Below, piece by piece: positions 16,387 through 20,000 of a stretch of 20,000 nt of DNA. The DNA comes from an uncultured virus (IMG/VR IMGVR_UViG_3300043466_001742) (lineage: Duplodnaviria > Heunggongvirae > Uroviricota > Caudoviricetes), in the IMG/VR virus record IMGVR_UViG_3300043466_001742, positions 54,096 to 74,095 of that record; one strand, 5' to 3'. Below the pieces are notes generated by a model. The model made no database searches, was not told where the DNA came from, and saw nothing but the letters and a program-made list of their open reading frames with translations. Numbering within the stretch: the stretch's first letter is position 1; each line of letters starts with the position of its first letter. Both the position numbers and the translations under genes were made by a program.

Positions 16387-17616
16387 ATGAAAATCCTAAT
16401 AACCGAAAATCAATTAAGACTAATCACAGAAGCTGTTGGTGTTCCAAAAGGAATTATGGAAGCGGCCGAAGAACTATATAGTATTGTTCTAGAAAAGTTA
16501 AAATCAATAAATGAAAATGATATAGAATACGAATTTGATATTGAAGATAAAGAATTACAAATTTCAGATATAACAATAGATCATATCAAAGTTATAGTTG
16601 AAATCCAAGAAGTTGAAGATTACGATGGAAAACCAGAAATAGCGGCGATGGGTGTCTCAAACGAATTTATTTTTGATAATGCTATACTCATGCAGATTTC
16701 ACCGGTAAATAAAACTTTAATATTACACATTAATTTTGTTGCGGCAGAAATGTGGGAACCAGAGGAAATATTAGAAAAATTCCAAGAAGATGAAGCACAT
16801 ACAGTTTCAGTTATGGCTCACGAATTAAAACACAAATACGATAGAACAAAAAAAACAAAAGGATTCGTAGGCGATCTTGCCGATTACCAGGCGTACTCAT
16901 CAGGTAGATTAAATTTTGGAATACCAATCTTAAATAAGTTTATGAGATACAGTTATTTTATTCAAATGACCGAAAATCTGGTAAGACCAACTGAGATCTC
17001 AACTAGAATGTTAAAGAAAGGTATTACAAAAGAACAGTTTTATGATTTTATAACAAATGATACGGCATATAAAGAATTACAAGATATTAAAAATTTTTCA
17101 TTTGATTATTTGATTGAAAGTTTGTATAATGAAATGGAAAGGGTTGATAGATTATTAGAACACGCTGGAATGGAAACAAATGTTGATGATGAAACAAAAA
17201 TAAAAATGGTGCTTAGATTGGTATATGTTAATTTAGTAAATACTAAAGTTGAAAATTTTGATAATTATTTTTATTCACAACGAGAAAAGATTAACAGTAT
17301 GTTTGATGGGTTTATGGCACAACTATTGGGTGGTGGAGAGAAAATAAATCCAAATAAAGAAAAAGTTAGGAATAAATTTATAAATCATATAACCAAATAC
17401 CAAAATAGAGAGTTGGATTTCTTCAAAGACGAATGTGAAAGATTTAATTATGTTGCAACAAAACTTATGAAAAAAATATCAAAAATTTATTCATTGATTC
17501 CGGATGAAAAGGAACAAACAAATGAATCAATATTAGATTGGGATCTACACCAGAAACTTATGGAAAAAAAGTATGGTAAAAGACCAATTCAAACTTCCTA
17601 CAATTTCAAAAAATAG
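16387..17616 (+). CDS. leader-bearing protein with HExxH (zincin-like) motif
   Basis: MKILITENQLRLITE leader; VMAHELKHKYD (HExxH at 16819-16833); TATTTATT at 16376-16383. Confidence 0.8.
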   Translation: MKILITENQLRLITEAVGVPKGIMEAAEELYSIVLEKLKSINENDIEYEFDIEDKELQISDITIDHIKVIVEIQEVEDYDGKPEIAAMGVSNEFIFDNAILMQISPVNKTLILHINFVAAEMWEPEEILEKFQEDEAHTVSVMAHELKHKYDRTKKTKGFVGDLADYQAYSSGRLNFGIPILNKFMRYSYFIQMTENLVRPTEISTRMLKKGITKEQFYDFITNDTAYKELQDIKNFSFDYLIESLYNEMERVDRLLEHAGMETNVDDETKIKMVLRLVYVNLVNTKVENFDNYFYSQREKINSMFDGFMAQLLGGGEKINPNKEKVRNKFINHITKYQNRELDFFKDECERFNYVATKLMKKISKIYSLIPDEKEQTNESILDWDLHQKLMEKKYGKRPIQTSYNFKK

Positions 17617-17647
17617 TTTGGTAATCTGATTTTTTTCTATATCTTTG
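17617..17647 (+). promoter_or_regulatory. Bacteroidota primary-sigma promoter
   Basis: TTTG 17617-17620, N19, TATCTTTG 17640-17647. Confidence 0.8.
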
Positions 17648-17651
17648 TGAT

Positions 17652-17885
17652 ATGGAAAATAAAACATTAGGTCAATTATTGAAGGGTAAAACATCTGGTG
17701 TCTTTGTTAATGATAAAGACGAACATTGTTATGTTGGTTCATATTATACTGGTAATAAAAGAAAGTTTCAAATCATATTTTCAAAAGGACTTAATGATAT
17801 AGCAACAAAACCAGCAATAAACTCAACTTCTGAAAAAAGAGTGTTGAAGTTTTTAAGTTCTGAAAACTTTGTATTAGTTGATTAA
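17652..17885 (+). CDS. hypothetical protein (77 aa)
   Basis: ATG 4 nt after the -7 box; TAATG coupling to the next gene. Confidence 0.75.
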   Translation: MENKTLGQLLKGKTSGVFVNDKDEHCYVGSYYTGNKRKFQIIFSKGLNDIATKPAINSTSEKRVLKFLSSENFVLVD

Positions 17886-18055
17886 TGAAAAAACCCTGTA
17901 AAGAATGTCCTCACTTTATTCGTAATCGTCATAATGATATGATTGTGGAGTTCGGTAAAAGAACCGGAAAGAAACACAATTGTCATATGACAGAAGGAAA
18001 AAAAGATTTGTGGAATGTAACGGATAAGAAACTTGAATGTTATGGAAGTAAATAA
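17885..18055 (+). CDS. Cys/His-rich putative metal-binding micro-protein, copy 1 (56 aa; not in ORF track)
   Basis: MKKPCKECPHFIRNRHNDMIVEFGKRTGKKHNCHMTEGKKDLWNVTDKKLECYGSK; mostly synonymous divergence from copy 2. Confidence 0.88.
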   Translation: MKKPCKECPHFIRNRHNDMIVEFGKRTGKKHNCHMTEGKKDLWNVTDKKLECYGSK

Positions 18056-18146
18056 AACATATTTAGGGGATTGTTTAAAAGTGATGAAATCTATTCCCGA
18101 TGGTAGGATTTGGACTAAAATAAAGCTTCTGAATATTTATATATAA
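18042..18146 (+). pseudogene. N-terminal fragment of an N4C/N6A (beta-class) DNA methyltransferase
   Basis: MEVNKTYLGDCLKVMKSIPDG matches the typical N-terminus (NKIYxGDCLxxMKxIPDxSVDLxxxDPPY) but breaks off before the DPPY motif. Confidence 0.75.
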
Positions 18147-18154
18147 AGAAAACG

Positions 18155-18688
18155 ATGAAAGATTTGAAACAATTTATTAAAACTACGATAAGAGATTTCT
18201 TGAATGAGAATAAAAACATATCACAAAGAATTGATAATGCCTTAGATTGGATGAATAAGTACGATATAAAAATATCTGATAAATCATTTCAAAATTATGT
18301 TGATTATACCAATAAACATCTTCATAAAATTGAAAGTTTAGTTAACAAAATAAACAAAGAAGGATATATATGGACTTCTGACTTACCTATGTTTTTTACA
18401 ACAACATTAGATGATTTAGAAAACAATAGTACTGATTTAGGTGAAATAAATATATATAAACAAAAGGTGGAAATTTTTTATAAATATACTCACGTTGGTA
18501 ATAATCCTTACGAGAAAGTATCTGATAGATATAAGGTTATTTATAAAAATGAAAATAGTAGAGATATTACAGATGAAATAAGTGGTGAAGAATTAATTGA
18601 ATTGTTAGAAAAAAATGTTATTATGACCGAGCAAGGTATAATAGGATTGTCTAAAGAAAGTGTTAAAAAATACATTCAAAATTTATAA
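18155..18688 (+). CDS. leader-bearing hypothetical protein (177 aa)
   Basis: MKDLKQFIKTTIRDFLNE leader; TATTTATA at 18134-18141. Confidence 0.85.
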   Translation: MKDLKQFIKTTIRDFLNENKNISQRIDNALDWMNKYDIKISDKSFQNYVDYTNKHLHKIESLVNKINKEGYIWTSDLPMFFTTTLDDLENNSTDLGEINIYKQKVEIFYKYTHVGNNPYEKVSDRYKVIYKNENSRDITDEISGEELIELLEKNVIMTEQGIIGLSKESVKKYIQNL

Positions 18689-18725
18689 AGTGCGTTGGAT
18701 TTTTCTTTTAAAATTTTCAACTGAA

Positions 18726-18941
18726 ATGTTGATTAGAACGATGAACGGAACACTTAAAAAATATTTAGGTGAAAATTACCACATACACCAATTAAGACAT
18801 TCTTGCTTCACAAATCTTTTAGAGTCTGGAACTGATCTTCGTTTGATTCAGAAAATTGCGGGTCATACTAATGTTAAAACTACTGAAATATATACTCATG
18901 TTTCAAATCAAATGTTAAGTAAAGTAAAATTACCAATTTAA
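18726..18941 (+). pseudogene. C-terminal fragment of a tyrosine recombinase (XerD / integron-integrase-like)
   Basis: HQLRHSCFTNLLESGTDLRLIQKIAGHTNVKTTEIYTHVS keeps HxxR, the second H and the catalytic Y; the N-terminal domain and first catalytic Arg are absent. Confidence 0.88.
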
Positions 18942-18943
18942 TA

Positions 18944-18975
18944 TTTGTTTAATTCAAATTAGTTTCTTACCTTTG
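18944..18975 (+). promoter_or_regulatory. Bacteroidota primary-sigma promoter
   Basis: TTTG 18944-18947, N20, TACCTTTG 18968-18975. Confidence 0.8.
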
Positions 18976-18979
18976 TAAG

Positions 18980-19156
18980 GTGAAAAAACCTTGTAAAGAA
19001 TGTCCCCACTTCATTCGTAATCGTCACAACGATACTATTGTTGATTTTGCTGAGAGAACCGGTAAGAAACACAATTGTCATATGACAGAGGGAAAAAAAG
19101 ATTTGTGGAATGTAACTAATAAAAATTTGGAATGTTATGGAAGTAAAAGAAAGTAG
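18980..19156 (+). CDS. Cys/His-rich putative metal-binding micro-protein, copy 2 (58 aa, GTG start; not in ORF track)
   Basis: MKKPCKECPHFIRNRHNDTIVDFAERTGKKHNCHMTEGKKDLWNVTNKNLECYGSKRK. Confidence 0.88.
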   Translation: MKKPCKECPHFIRNRHNDTIVDFAERTGKKHNCHMTEGKKDLWNVTNKNLECYGSKRK

Positions 19157-19448
19157 ATTAAAAAAAATTAAAAGTAGATTATTATTTTTTATAAAGTTGG
19201 TAATACCCTTTTATGTTATTAGGATTAAAAAAATTTTAACAACAGGAAAAGATATAGAAAAACTTCCACCACCAACAAAAGGGTATGGTAGAATATACTT
19301 TTTTGAACCTGATGAGAATGGGAATTTTTGGGCGAGACATCACGAAATGCCTTTATATCTTGCGGATAAATTTAACAAAGAATATAAAGATAAATTAGTT
19401 GGTTTAACTAGAGAAGAAATTGTTGAATGGATTATAAAAAATAAATAA
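19137..19448 (+). CDS. hypothetical protein (103 aa) bounded by junction repeats
   Basis: Starts inside junction copy 2 and ends inside junction copy 3; short hydrophobic stretch near the N-terminus. Confidence 0.75.
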   Translation: MEVKESRLKKIKSRLLFFIKLVIPFYVIRIKKILTTGKDIEKLPPPTKGYGRIYFFEPDENGNFWARHHEMPLYLADKFNKEYKDKLVGLTREEIVEWIIKNK

Positions 19449-19458
19449 TTAGAATGTT

Positions 19459-19989
19459 ATGGAGGTAAAACAGACAGCAGTAGAATGGTTGGTTGAACAA
19501 TTAGATGGCGAAAGACATTTAACAGAAAATGAAATAAAACGACTTATTCAACAAGCCAAAGAAATGGATGATGAGTTTTTAGAAAAACTTAAAGACTTTG
19601 ATAATTGGAGAGAATGGAAAAATTCTAGTATGAAAACAAAAGAAACTAAATTTGGAACTTATATGGAAACAGAAAGACCAACAAAACTAACCGGTGATAA
19701 AATCACAAGGTTTGTTGAAAGATTGAAAAAAATTGGTATTGACGTAAAACTATCAGGAAACTTTCCTTGGGTTTATATTGATGAAATCTGTGGTATAAGA
19801 GTAACAGAAAAATTTCTAGCAAACCACGGATTTACTTTGATATTTCTTCCTGGTAGAAATGATAGTCCAGTGTCTGAATTTACGGACATTACAGAGATAT
19901 TCAAACTTATACGAAGGTATTCAAGAGAAGCTAGATTAACACAAATGATGAAAGACGACGAAGAAAATGGATTATATGAAGAAATTTAA
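19459..19989 (+). CDS. mosaic hypothetical protein (KQTAVEWL..QAKEM module fused to an NFPWVY domain)
   Basis: 176 aa ORF starting at junction copy 3, with an internal start-like site at 19630. Confidence 0.75.
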   Translation: MEVKQTAVEWLVEQLDGERHLTENEIKRLIQQAKEMDDEFLEKLKDFDNWREWKNSSMKTKETKFGTYMETERPTKLTGDKITRFVERLKKIGIDVKLSGNFPWVYIDEICGIRVTEKFLANHGFTLIFLPGRNDSPVSEFTDITEIFKLIRRYSREARLTQMMKDDEENGLYEEI

Positions 19990-20000
19990 ACTCTTTTTAG

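Larger units (their letters stand above)
17885..19147 (+). repeat. 168-bp imperfect direct repeat (17885-18052 and 18980-19147), with a third partial 42-bp copy at 19428-19469
   Basis: Hand alignment gives 22 differences in 168 nt with no indels; the third copy matches 19106-19147 at 34/42. Confidence 0.95.

Noticed and set aside
18660..18725. Track start of the 93 aa integrase ORF as a functional integrase
   Set aside because: It overlaps the upstream gene, has no recombinase similarity in this part, and the protein is far too short, lacking the first catalytic Arg.
17885..19469. CRISPR array or DGR template/variable repeat explanation for the repeats
   Set aside because: Spacing is irregular and gene-sized, differences are mostly synonymous and not adenine-specific, and no cas or reverse transcriptase gene is in the window.
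1..20000. Stop-codon reassignment (alternative genetic code)
   Set aside because: Recognisable genes are full-length under code 11; TAG and TGA end genes at sensible positions (dnaJ TAG 3612, Nudix TGA 13803).

Overview
AT-rich, gene-dense window that reads as part of a large dsDNA tailed phage (jumbo-type) genome. The host is probably a Bacteroidota bacterium: there are five TTTG-N19/20-TAnnTTTG promoters and no obvious Shine-Dalgarno sites. Recognisable genes are a class A DnaJ, thioredoxin, a glutaredoxin-like protein, a GIY-YIG endonuclease, an Hc1/histone-H1-like protein, DUF3310, DUF192, a Nudix hydrolase, a P-loop kinase, a calcineurin-like metallophosphoesterase, an LRR protein and an HExxH protein. 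Several small ORFs are missing from the supplied track. The most notable structures are: (i) a cassette-like hotspot at 17.9-19.7 kb, with a duplicated Cys/His micro-gene, a recurring 42-nt gene-end/gene-start junction, and truncated methyltransferase and tyrosine-recombinase genes; (ii) TATTTAT-driven genes sharing an N-terminal leader, which may be head-packaged, injected proteins; (iii) apparently leaderless host-promoter genes; (iv) an ArfA-like micro-gene and candidate small RNAs; (v) a possibly degenerate MetK homologue. All family calls come from motif recognition by eye, not from database searches.
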